This document shows positions 33,571 through 42,447 of a stretch of 53,200 nt of DNA, piece by piece. A program made the translations under genes and the position numbers. Within the stretch, counting starts at the first letter, position 1. Every line of letters begins with the position of its first letter. The stretch comes from Verrucomicrobiia bacterium (GTDB taxonomy: Bacteria > Verrucomicrobiota > Verrucomicrobiia > Limisphaerales > UBA11358): assembly GCA_036511615.1 (NCBI GenBank), contig DATCBW010000116.1:1-53200 (forward strand), read 5' to 3'. The notes under the pieces were generated by a model. It made no database searches, was not told the origin of the DNA, and saw nothing but the letters and a program-made list of their open reading frames with translations.

Positions 33571-33780
33571 TCGGTGAAATCAAGCGCGGCTTTCACGACG
33601 GCCCCTGCCCGTCAACAAAATCGTCCTTTGCTCCATCACTTGCGAGAAAGCCGGAAGGCCATCCTAGAGAAAAAGGGAACCTTGTCAACGCGGCGCGAGT
33701 TGGAGTAGTGAGAAAGTTTGAAATCAGATCGGCTCCAGCGACTGGTCAGGCGTATAAGACATAAGTTTCAGTATCCACTA

Positions 33781-34248
33781 TCAAATAATTGGTGGCTGTT
33801 GTTGCTTCGCAATCCTAGATTTTACCAGCAACAAAAGAAAAACGCTGACAATCAAAAATACACAGACCAACAGCGCAACAGACGCTCCGGCTAATCTCTC
33901 GGAGTAATCTTGCAGGTCTGTTGAAAAATATGCCATCAATGTCTGATACCAGCCGAAAACGAGCAACCCGAACCAGAAGCCGAATAGACCTGTTATTTTG
34001 ACAAATCGGCGCGTTTTGCTCCAAATAAAAAGAATAAGAAAGGCAACCAGGGTGACAGCTACATAGAGGTCATTCGGACCTGGACCAGTAATTGGAGCTG
34101 GCTTTGGTAAAGGCAGCCCATCGGAATGCAGATCGCCTAGACGTAATGAGACAAGCAGATAAGCAACAAGCAGGCCAACGAAAAGCACACCCCACAGCTC
34201 TATGACCGCGTTTGTAATTCGTGATGGCATTGTGCGGATCGTTTCCAT
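33781..34248 (-). CDS. hypothetical membrane protein (4 TM), AT-rich orphan
   Basis: The ORF has four hydrophobic segments. The start was chosen at METIRT.. (34248), and the track start is 34305. I recognise no family. Confidence 0.4.
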   Translation of the reverse strand: METIRTMPSRITNAVIELWGVLFVGLLVAYLLVSLRLGDLHSDGLPLPKPAPITGPGPNDLYVAVTLVAFLILFIWSKTRRFVKITGLFGFWFGLLVFGWYQTLMAYFSTDLQDYSERLAGASVALLVCVFLIVSVFLLLLVKSRIAKQQQPPII

Positions 34249-34335
34249 ACGCCTAGACGTAGAAAATTGAGCCACGCCGCCGAATCTGTCAAACGCGAAA
34301 ATCAAGGCAACAAACCGTGTGAAAATTCAGCGAGG

Positions 34336-35106
34336 TCAATACTGAATCCAGTTGGTCATGCTGGCGTAGGCAAAGGTCATTTCACCGGCTTTGTATCCTT
34401 TATACCATTGGGAATGGCCGTCGGCGAACATGAGGTTCTGGCCCTTGCTGTGAATCTGCCAGTATTCCGTCATCGCCGGGGCCGCCGCGCCGCCGACGCA
34501 GTTCTGGGAATAATCGTCCTTGTCCGCGTCCAGCGGATCAAAGTGCAACCCCGCGCCGTTGTTTAGCGTGCCTGCCGTGTCGCCGCCCAGGACGAACGCC
34601 GAGGGAAACAAAATCGCCGAGCCTTTGACCGGCGCAAAACTGTGAACCGTCACATAGGCGGCATTGCAGCCGTTGAAATAATTGAACGGCCCGCGCAACG
34701 GGACCGGCAACTGCACATTGCCGGGACAATTGAACACGTTCGTGCTGCCAATGTAGGGAAAAATCTGCTCCGACCAACTGGGCTTGCCGGTGCCCGAATC
34801 AATGGCGCCCCAGTAAATATTCCCGCCAGACTCGGGATACAACTCGTGGTTGTCGTCCGCAAACATTCTCATGCCCAGCCCGATTTGATGCAGGTTGGAA
34901 TTGCAACTGGTCGTCCACGACTTCTGCTTGGCCGCGCTCAACGCCGGCAGCAGCAGCGCCGCCAGAATCGCGATGATGGCGATTACCACCAGCAGTTCAA
35001 TCAACGTGAAAGCGCGAATTTTCGCGGCGCGAAGCAGTTTCCCGCCGGAACCTTGGCTGCGGAACGAGGTTCGCACTTTTGGAGTGATTGGAAACAGGAT
35101 CGGCAT
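34336..35106 (-). CDS. prepilin-type N-terminal cleavage/methylation domain protein (DUF1559, H-X9-DG type)
   Basis: It has [30 protein letters not shown] and a C-terminal ..MFADGHSQW.. Confidence 0.8.
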   Translation of the reverse strand: MPILFPITPKVRTSFRSQGSGGKLLRAAKIRAFTLIELLVVIAIIAILAALLLPALSAAKQKSWTTSCNSNLHQIGLGMRMFADDNHELYPESGGNIYWGAIDSGTGKPSWSEQIFPYIGSTNVFNCPGNVQLPVPLRGPFNYFNGCNAAYVTVHSFAPVKGSAILFPSAFVLGGDTAGTLNNGAGLHFDPLDADKDDYSQNCVGGAAAPAMTEYWQIHSKGQNLMFADGHSQWYKGYKAGEMTFAYASMTNWIQY

Positions 35107-35118
35107 GATTTTGGTTTA

Positions 35119-36054
35119 TCAAGGTGAGGGCGGCGTGGGCATGGTGCCGGTGCTGTCCGCAGAAGTTCGCGCCCGCATCCACAGCCAGTCCTGATAATCC
35201 AGCAGATCGGTAACAGCCCTGCCCGCCAGTTTTTCGGAGCGGCTCAACCACCGGTGCGTTTCCGAATGACCGTCGGCGAAGGAAAACCCGCAACCGCCAT
35301 TATGATATGTTCCGGGTGCGTCAATCCACCGGGGGTCTTGCATCCCGAAGGCAAACGCGGCGTCGTTCAGACCCTTGGCATCCTCATCCACCAGCACCCA
35401 CAGCATTGAAGGCCCCGGCGGGTGAATGTCGGAAGTCTTGCCGTAAGTGAACCAGGGCGCATTCCGGCGATTGGTTCGCTGGTTGTTCAACCAGGGGCCG
35501 TTCACCGACAGAGTTGGGCGACCGCTGTGAACATAGCCGGCGCCGGAGAATTCGCCGGCTTCAAATCCGGGATCAATCGTGCCCGCTGCCTGGTTCATGG
35601 AAAAGGTTCGGGCGGCGGGAACCATCTGGCCGAGCAGCGACGGCTGGATTCCCTGATACAAGCCGGTGCGCCGGTCGGCGGGGCACCGGAACAAATTCAC
35701 GTTGCCGCCGAGATAGCTTATCAGCAAGGACAGCGCCGGGTCTTTGATGACATCGGGATCGAATTCCTCCGCCTGGCCGATTCCCGCGCTGCCGGAACAC
35801 CAGTTAAAGCCCGGCTGCGTGTTGCCGTCATCGGGATTGGGCGGGAAAAAATCGTTGTTATCGCCCGTGTAAAGCAGCATCGCCGTCATCATTTGTTTTC
35901 CATTGTTCAAACACACCGCGCCTTGCGCCGTCTGCTTGGCCCGGGACAATACCGGCAGCAGCATCGCCGCCAGAATCGCCATGATGGCAATGACGACGAG
36001 CAGTTCAATCAACGTGAACGCCTGCGCCGTGAACCTTGGCACCGAAGGTTTCAT
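35119..36054 (-). CDS. prepilin-type N-terminal cleavage/methylation domain protein (DUF1559, H-X9-DG type)
   Basis: It has [30 protein letters not shown] and a C-terminal ..FSFADGHSETHRW.. Confidence 0.8.
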   Translation of the reverse strand: MKPSVPRFTAQAFTLIELLVVIAIMAILAAMLLPVLSRAKQTAQGAVCLNNGKQMMTAMLLYTGDNNDFFPPNPDDGNTQPGFNWCSGSAGIGQAEEFDPDVIKDPALSLLISYLGGNVNLFRCPADRRTGLYQGIQPSLLGQMVPAARTFSMNQAAGTIDPGFEAGEFSGAGYVHSGRPTLSVNGPWLNNQRTNRRNAPWFTYGKTSDIHPPGPSMLWVLVDEDAKGLNDAAFAFGMQDPRWIDAPGTYHNGGCGFSFADGHSETHRWLSRSEKLAGRAVTDLLDYQDWLWMRARTSADSTGTMPTPPSP

Positions 36055-36057
36055 AAG

Positions 36058-36795
36058 TCATTGTCCATTGGCGCTCCCCGGAAAACACCATAATTCGTTG
36101 GGGCCGGATTCATTCATTTTTTCCGTCCATTCCGCAAGCTGCATCACCCGGGCCGAACCGTCAAATGCGGCGAAAACCGCCACCTTGCCATGCCGGCCGC
36201 TGGTGTTTTCATCGGGACTGCTCGCGCCGTCATTGAACAGGCGTTGGTTGTCCTCCGCCGTGGCGTCGTTGCATTCCCAGAACGCCACGCCGGAAGGAGA
36301 CATTTGCGCCAGCTTCTCCGGCGGATTCTTCCCCCGACCGTAGCCGCAGACCGCGCCGTTCATCACATAGCTGGAAATCTGCTGGCCCCTCATTTTGAAA
36401 AAAGCGCTGTTGGTGTTGTCGCTCGGGCAGAAATACATTTTTTGATTCACCAGCACCGGCCAGAAACTGCCGGTTTGCACCTTGAATCGCTCCGTCCCGC
36501 TGGCGCTGGAATCCAGCGTATAAAGCCAGCCCTGCGGCGGATTGGCCTGTTGTTCGCCCGAAGCCCAGTTGGCCCAGGGCATGACGTCGTTGTTGTCTGA
36601 CGCCACCAGGATCGTGGCCACGCCGATCTGCTTGAGGTTGTTCAAATCCACCGCCCGATAGCTTCGTTGCTTGGCCTTGGACAACGCCGGCAGCAGCATC
36701 GCCGCCAAAATCGCGATGATGGCGATGACCACGAGCAGTTCGATCAAGGTGAAGGCGCGGCGGGAATCCATGCTTGGTAAGACAGCGCTCGACAT
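36058..36795 (-). CDS. prepilin-type N-terminal cleavage/methylation domain protein (pseudopilin-like)
   Basis: It has [30 protein letters not shown] and a degenerate C-terminal ..AAFDGSARV.. Confidence 0.75.
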   Translation of the reverse strand: MSSAVLPSMDSRRAFTLIELLVVIAIIAILAAMLLPALSKAKQRSYRAVDLNNLKQIGVATILVASDNNDVMPWANWASGEQQANPPQGWLYTLDSSASGTERFKVQTGSFWPVLVNQKMYFCPSDNTNSAFFKMRGQQISSYVMNGAVCGYGRGKNPPEKLAQMSPSGVAFWECNDATAEDNQRLFNDGASSPDENTSGRHGKVAVFAAFDGSARVMQLAEWTEKMNESGPNELWCFPGSANGQ

Positions 36796-36945
36796 GGATT
36801 CGTTTCAAGTTATTTGCGGCCTTGCCAGTATAATGTCCGCCGGACGGCCAAACCGGACAAGTTTTTTTTTGAATTATTTTGGCGAAAGCGGCACGCAGCC
36901 ATTTGGATTGCGGTGGCAGCTTGCCGGGCCGCAGTCAGCGAAGGC

Positions 36946-37090
36946 TGGAGCGCAGCGGCGACAACGCTTTTCGGGCAGAGGCAACCACGAAATACACGAA
37001 TCACACGAAAGGAAAAAAGCGGACACTGCGGCAGCTTTTTCGTGTGTTTGGTGTATTTCGTGGTTCAGACAAAAGCGGCGTGGCGCTCCC
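36946..37090. repeat. about 145-bp palindromic element with GGAGCGC-type ends and a long internal hairpin
   Basis: The termini are tggagcgcagcggcg (36946-36960) and cggcgtggcgctccc (37076-37090). The internal imperfect IR (26 of 28) pairs aaccacgaaatacacgaatcacacgaaa (36983-37010) with tttcgtgtgtttggtgtatttcgtggtt (37038-37065). Confidence 0.8.
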
Positions 37091-37181
37091 GTCTGCACGC
37101 TGCTTCGACGCGGCAAGCCGCTTCCCGTCGCAGGCCAAGACGCCGTTGAAACCATTTCACCGCTTTTTCGCGAAAAACATC

Positions 37182-38675
37182 TCACTGCGCGAAATCCGCC
37201 GGCGAAAACTTCTGGTTCAAGACGATGTGTTCATGGGTTTCGGTGGCGGTGCTATCTGTATATTCGATCTTCGGCATCCGGGCGACTATTTCAGGATTGC
37301 GTTTAGCTGCCTCGGCCATTACTGCCTTCATGGCTTCGGCACTCGTCACAATTCGGACTTGGTGGATGAGAAAGTCCTGCTTGCCAATCCACACAGTTTT
37401 CGTGCGGCCCTTCAATTCGCTGGTAAAGACGTAGCAATCAACCTCGCCCACTTTTGCGTCGGCCTTTTGTATTGCGCTGGCGGTCGAACCGCCAAGATCA
37501 TTGACTGAGTTCACGGAGAAAAAAGTTCCCGGAATCGTCACCGACGCGCGGCCAGAAATGCCGGCGGCAGTGGCAAAAGCGCTTTCTTTGCTGGCCTCTT
37601 TTCTCGCCTTGCCGAGCATCTCCAAGAAATCACCCTTGCCCGCCGACCAAATTATTTCCTTCTCGCCCGTGGACGTATAGCCGGCGGATGCACTGCTCTG
37701 CTGCCACTCGACCCGGTAAAAATCCGGGCGTCCCAGCTTGATGGAAAATGTGTGCGTGATGGTCGTGCCGTTTAGGACCGAGACGCATGTTCCATCGTCA
37801 CTGTAGCTGGTCAGCGCAGCATAAGCTGCCTGTGACTTTTGGAGGATTTCGTTGGGTGGCAGCTTGTCGCCGCCGGTTTGCGAAATCGCCACCGTGACCG
37901 CGCCGCCCGCGAGTAAAATTCCAGCGGTGATGCCGAGCGCGAGCTTGAGTTTTGCGTAGGTCATAATTTTGAGAGTTCCTTTAACAAGGGTGGTAACAGT
38001 TGCTGTGACGGCCGCCCCTTTTACAGCCGTCAAAGAAATGGTCGCCGCCAGACCCGCCGGCGCGGCCTGCACGGAATTCGCCGCCACGGCTCCGGCGACT
38101 AGCGCCGCCGGCAGCGTCACGCCACGCTTGCTGAAAATCTTCCGCAGTTTTTCCAGCGCGCGGCTCACGCGCTTGTGCGCGGCGGCCTCACTCGTTTTCA
38201 ACGTGGCTGCTACTTCGGCGGCGGTTTTGTTTTCAAAAAACCGCAGCACCACGGCGTTGCGGTCGGTCTCGCCCAGACGCCCCATCGCGTCGTCCAGCAG
38301 GGGCGTGATTTGTGCCCACGCCTCCGTTTCATCGCCGGACGGCAAGCCCGTTTCGTTCAAAGTGGATTGCATATAAGCCTCCTGTTCGCGTTGCTGGCGG
38401 CGGATTTCGCCCTTTACAAAATTGGCCGCCGTGAGCCGCGCCGTTTGATACAGCCAGCCGGACAGCACGACGTTCGGCGACAGCTTGCCCGCCTTGCGCG
38501 CCAGAATGATGAAGACCGCCTGTGTGATCTCCTGGGCGTGATGCGGATTGCCGGTGAACCGCAGCGCGGCTGAAAAAACCAGGTTCACATGACGCGCGAC
38601 GAGTCCGGCAAAAGCCGCTTCCGATTCGCTGCGGGCGAAATCCGCCAGCAATTCGTGGTCGTTCAGTTCAGGCAT
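37182..38675 (-). CDS. ECF-type sigma-70 family factor fused to a TM segment and an extracytoplasmic C-terminal domain (LolA/sorting-protein-like fold guess)
   Basis: Region 2 reads ..HVNLVFSAALRFTGNPHHAQEITQAVFIILARK.. Region 4 reads ..DRNAVVLRFFENKTAAEVAATLKTSEAAAHKRVSRALEKLR.. A hydrophobic linker/TM (..LALGITAGILLAGGAVTVAI..) is followed by about 240 aa. Confidence 0.75.
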   Translation of the reverse strand: MPELNDHELLADFARSESEAAFAGLVARHVNLVFSAALRFTGNPHHAQEITQAVFIILARKAGKLSPNVVLSGWLYQTARLTAANFVKGEIRRQQREQEAYMQSTLNETGLPSGDETEAWAQITPLLDDAMGRLGETDRNAVVLRFFENKTAAEVAATLKTSEAAAHKRVSRALEKLRKIFSKRGVTLPAALVAGAVAANSVQAAPAGLAATISLTAVKGAAVTATVTTLVKGTLKIMTYAKLKLALGITAGILLAGGAVTVAISQTGGDKLPPNEILQKSQAAYAALTSYSDDGTCVSVLNGTTITHTFSIKLGRPDFYRVEWQQSSASAGYTSTGEKEIIWSAGKGDFLEMLGKARKEASKESAFATAAGISGRASVTIPGTFFSVNSVNDLGGSTASAIQKADAKVGEVDCYVFTSELKGRTKTVWIGKQDFLIHQVRIVTSAEAMKAVMAEAAKRNPEIVARMPKIEYTDSTATETHEHIVLNQKFSPADFAQ

Positions 38676-38713
38676 CTACCCAATGATGTCCGCCAAACGT
38701 GAAACTGGACAAA

Positions 38714-40216
38714 CTATTTCGCCTTTTCAACGACGAGCATTTCGATGGGCGTGTTGGTGGGAACAATTTCAAGGCCGAGTTGGTCAAGGAGCGCGCGCTT
38801 CAAGGCGTCGTGTTCCGGGTCTTGATCACCCAGATCTTTCCACCGGAGATTAATTTGAAAATTTTGTTTCAGTCCCGTTTGATCAACAACTGGCATCCCG
38901 AAATAGCCTTCCAATGCCATTGTCAGGGTGAAATTCATCGAAGGATGTTGCGCGCTAATGGGTTCGTTATAGACATGAAAATCTCCATCACCGTCGCGTT
39001 CGGTGCCCCCCGCGATACGTCCGACGGGTGGCAGCAAGCCGGGAGCGTTTGGAATTTGAACTCTCAAGGCCAAAACATCAGCGTTCCGCATTTCCGTTCG
39101 CGCCACCAAGCCGAGTTTGTTTTTTAACCCGCGCTGCAAGGCCTCGTCGGAACCTTGCGGCAGATTGGCAATGAAATCATATCTTTTTTGCGCATCACCG
39201 GACGCAAAAAAAACTCTGGCAGGAGGGCAGTCATAGGCAAAAGACATGATAAGTTTAGCCGGCAATCCGATTCCCCACCTGCGCCCGCCGCTGTGCATCC
39301 AACCATCTTTACCATCCTGAAATTTCGTTGGCAGAACCGTGACTTGCGGCCTTACTTTAAGCAGCACATCGGGATTGGGATTTGGCACCCGCCATAAAGC
39401 CTCGTCATGGTTCTCTTCTCGGTGCGCGACAATTTCTTTGACGGTGATGGTGGTGGTGCCGGCGGTCAGAATTGCCACTACGCCGACAACAATTGCCGTT
39501 TTTGCTTTGGTCCATGCCATAATTTTCAATGCTCCTTTTACCAAAGCTAAAGTTGAACCGCCCGCCGCCGCGCCTTTGGTTATCGCAACGGCTGAAATTG
39601 TTTTCGCCAAACCCACCGGCGCGGCTTGAACCGAATTGGCCGAAACCGCCCCGGCAATCGCCGCCGCCGAAAATGTCACGCCGCGTTTCGCAAAAAATTT
39701 CCGCAGCTTTTCCAGAGCGCGGTTCACGCGCATTTTCGCCGCGTCCTCGCTCGCGCCCAATGCCGCGCCGACTTCGCCCAGACTTTTGTTCTCAAAAAAC
39801 CGCAGCACGATGGCATTGCGGTCGCGCTCGCCGAGCTTGTCCAGCGCGCCGTCCAGCAACGGCGCGATTTGTTGCCACGCTTCCGCGCCGGGTTCGTTCA
39901 AAGTGGATTGCATATACGCCTCCTGTTCGCGTTGTTGCCGACGGATTTCGCCGCGCAGAAAATTCGCCGCCGTCAGCCGCGTCGTTTGATACAGCCAGCC
40001 GGAAAGGATCGTTTTCGCGCCGAGCGATTTCGCCTTGCGCGCGAGAATGATGAAAACCGCCTGGCTGACTTCCTGCGCCGCGTGCGCGTTGCCGGTGCTG
40101 TGCAGTGCGACGGAATAAACGAGGTTGACGTGCCGCTCCACCAGCGCGGCGAAGGCGGATTCCGATTCCGTCGCGGCAAATTCGCGCAGCAAAGATAGGT
40201 CGTCCCGTTCGGTCAT
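38714..40216 (-). CDS. ECF-type sigma-70 family factor fused to a TM segment and a TIGR03435-like C-terminal domain
   Basis: The N-terminal about 250 aa is a close paralog of 37182..38675. The C-terminal part (..KNKLGLVARTEMRNADVLALRV.., ..LDQLGLEIVPTNTPIEMLVVEKA) resembles the soil-bacterial TIGR03435 family, from memory. Confidence 0.7.
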   Translation of the reverse strand: MTERDDLSLLREFAATESESAFAALVERHVNLVYSVALHSTGNAHAAQEVSQAVFIILARKAKSLGAKTILSGWLYQTTRLTAANFLRGEIRRQQREQEAYMQSTLNEPGAEAWQQIAPLLDGALDKLGERDRNAIVLRFFENKSLGEVGAALGASEDAAKMRVNRALEKLRKFFAKRGVTFSAAAIAGAVSANSVQAAPVGLAKTISAVAITKGAAAGGSTLALVKGALKIMAWTKAKTAIVVGVVAILTAGTTTITVKEIVAHREENHDEALWRVPNPNPDVLLKVRPQVTVLPTKFQDGKDGWMHSGGRRWGIGLPAKLIMSFAYDCPPARVFFASGDAQKRYDFIANLPQGSDEALQRGLKNKLGLVARTEMRNADVLALRVQIPNAPGLLPPVGRIAGGTERDGDGDFHVYNEPISAQHPSMNFTLTMALEGYFGMPVVDQTGLKQNFQINLRWKDLGDQDPEHDALKRALLDQLGLEIVPTNTPIEMLVVEKAK

Positions 40217-40300
40217 TCACCAAGTAATGTCCGCCTGACGGAAAAGGGAACAGAAAATTTGCAAAATAAACGAGGTTCTGACCCTTTGACCACGCTTCGT

Positions 40301-41143
40301 TCACGGCGGAAAACCAATCGCCAGCTTCACGGCGGAGTATTCAGGATGAATTTTTCCATCGCGCGTGCGGATGATCAAATCCGGCTCCACCCACGTCTGG
40401 CCGCAAAACCATTCCGGCAAATCCTCCGCGCGCATCAGGCCGAACAGCGCGACCAGCGGCGGATCTCCTTCGCGGAAAGTCACCGGACGTTTGCGGACAA
40501 TCACCAATTTGGATTTTTTTGCCGCATCTTCCACGCGCGCAAGTTGTGCGGCTTCGTGCGGAAACACGCACGCGAAAAATCCGCCGGGCGCGAGATGCTT
40601 CGCCGCCGTCGCGCAATAATCGGCAATCGTGCCGCGCAGTTCAAAACGGCAGGCGAGCTTTTGTGGATGCTCGCTCTTCACACCCGCTTCCGGCGGAAAA
40701 TATGGCGGACTGCCGGTGACGAGATCGAATTTCTCAATGTCGCGCAAAATTTCGGCGTCCCGAAAATCGCCTTCACGGATTTCGAAGCGGTCGGTCAGGC
40801 CGTTGTAATGCGTGGATTTTCGGGCGAGCGCAACGCTTTCAGCCTGTGCCTCGACGGTGACAAATTTCACACCGGGCAGCCGCCACGCGCAAATCATGCC
40901 GACGGTGCCGATGCCGCTGCCGAGGTCGAGCACGGTGCGCGCCGTCGGACACCAGCTCGTGCCATACCACGCGGTCAAAATGTCGTCGGTGGAAAAACGG
41001 TGGCCGTCGCGCAGTTGGAACAAACGGAAATGTCCGCTGATGGCGTCGAGTGTTTCGTGCGGTTCAACCACGACGCCGGAATTCAAACCCGGCGGAACAA
41101 TTCCCGGCTTGGCCCAGCCTTTGAAATGCGTTTCGCTTTTCAT
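40301..41143 (-). CDS. SAM-dependent methyltransferase, TrmN6/YfiC-like (N6-adenine-type SPPY motif)
   Basis: It has LDLGSGIGTVG (motif I) and TGSPPYF (motif IV), with ..GHRFSTDDILTA.. upstream as in tRNA1(Val) m6A37 methyltransferases. Confidence 0.6.
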   Translation of the reverse strand: MKSETHFKGWAKPGIVPPGLNSGVVVEPHETLDAISGHFRLFQLRDGHRFSTDDILTAWYGTSWCPTARTVLDLGSGIGTVGMICAWRLPGVKFVTVEAQAESVALARKSTHYNGLTDRFEIREGDFRDAEILRDIEKFDLVTGSPPYFPPEAGVKSEHPQKLACRFELRGTIADYCATAAKHLAPGGFFACVFPHEAAQLARVEDAAKKSKLVIVRKRPVTFREGDPPLVALFGLMRAEDLPEWFCGQTWVEPDLIIRTRDGKIHPEYSAVKLAIGFPP

Positions 41144-42447
41144 GGAGCAATGGGCGGCGAACTTTGCACCGGGATTTCGCCGCGCAACATTTTTCCCGCT
41201 GCATCGGCGAGACGCAGATACCAGTCGCTCGGCAATTTTACACCGTCGGCATCGAGCGGCGCGAAGGTTCCCTGCGCGGGCAGTTGCGCGGCTGTCGGCG
41301 CGAGCTTGAACATCGCCGTGCCCTCGTCCATTTCATCAAACATCGCGCCGTAAATCATCGTGCAGCCGGTGTTGACCGCGTTGAACGCCTGCCGCCAGTA
41401 AAATTTGCCGCCGCGCCGGGGAATTTGATTGAGCGGCCCGCTGTTCGAGTTGTGCCAGGAAAATCCGGGGAAAATCACGGGCATATATCCGCATCCCGCC
41501 GCCGCCGCCAAATCGGGCGCGATGACCTGGCGCGCAAATTGATCCGCGCCGGCATCGTCGGCGTAGCGTCCGACCGACCATGGACTGATGATGTCAAACG
41601 ACCGAAACACTGCGGCCCACGCGGAGTTTGTTTGCGCGTCGTTTTTGAGCGTGCGCCAATACGTCGGCACGCCGCCGACAACAGTGCAGCCGGCGGATTT
41701 GAAAAAAATTATTGCCGCCTGCGCCTGTTGCGGCGTGTCACGGCGGCCCGCAAAACCAAAACCCCAAAGCGCGACGACGGGTTTGCCGTTGTGCCGCAAA
41801 TAACGCGGGCTGGCCGTGACGTGCAGCGTGTTGACGAGAAAATTCCAGTCGTTCGTGAGCGCGCTGACGAGCGTGTTCGTCGGCTGGCCGGAAATGTCAT
41901 ACATGATGGCAAACACGCGCCCGTATTTTTCCGCACCAGCCTGCACGTTCGCCGTCACCTGGTTGCGCAGTGAAAAAAAATGCGGGTCGGCGAGTTCGGA
42001 AACGAAGCGCTGTAGAAAAACGCCGTCAAGCTGGTTTTCCTGCATCCATTGAAAATGCCGCAGCACGGTCTTTCGCGTGAACGCGGAGTAAAGTTTCGCC
42101 GGTGTGCCGTCCGGCAGCGTCATACGCGTGGCAAACAATTCGTCCGGGTCCAGCTCCGAAATGTCCGGCCAAAAATCCACCGTCGCGTTCGTGGCCACGG
42201 GATTGTTGCGGCGGAACCAATGAACCCAGCGGTCGGGCTGCGAGCCGTCGCCGGGACACGCAAACCAGCCTTGATAACCCATGAGCAGTTTCCGGTTCAT
42301 CGTGTTCGCGTCCACCACGCGCGGAGCCGTGGACTGCGCCCGGACATCGCCGCCAAGGCCGAGGCCGAGGACAATTGCCGCTGCAAACAATTGAAAACTG
42401 TTGCGCCAGCACCAAGCCCGGCTTGTGAAATGTGTTTCCGTTTTCAC
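41140..42447 (-). CDS. secreted hydrolase-like protein (possible glycoside hydrolase; family not recognised)
   Basis: A GTG start overlaps the upstream stop. The signal peptide is ..LFAAAIVLGLGLGGDVRAQS. The motif ..LLMGYQGWFACPGDGS..WVHWF.. reminds me of uncharacterised TIM-barrel glycosidase-like families. The functional call is weak. Confidence 0.35.
   Translation of the reverse strand: MKTETHFTSRAWCWRNSFQLFAAAIVLGLGLGGDVRAQSTAPRVVDANTMNRKLLMGYQGWFACPGDGSQPDRWVHWFRRNNPVATNATVDFWPDISELDPDELFATRMTLPDGTPAKLYSAFTRKTVLRHFQWMQENQLDGVFLQRFVSELADPHFFSLRNQVTANVQAGAEKYGRVFAIMYDISGQPTNTLVSALTNDWNFLVNTLHVTASPRYLRHNGKPVVALWGFGFAGRRDTPQQAQAAIIFFKSAGCTVVGGVPTYWRTLKNDAQTNSAWAAVFRSFDIISPWSVGRYADDAGADQFARQVIAPDLAAAAGCGYMPVIFPGFSWHNSNSGPLNQIPRRGGKFYWRQAFNAVNTGCTMIYGAMFDEMDEGTAMFKLAPTAAQLPAQGTFAPLDADGVKLPSDWYLRLADAAGKMLRGEIPVQSSPPIAP

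Noticed and set aside
32386-33708. 440-aa plus-strand ORF opposite the beta-lactamase-family gene; likewise 40259..41353, 42432..43514, 6016..7107, 7920..8792, 12092..12928 and 22890..23957
   Set aside because: All are antisense to genes with strong motif support and show the same Arg/Gly/His-rich shadow composition.
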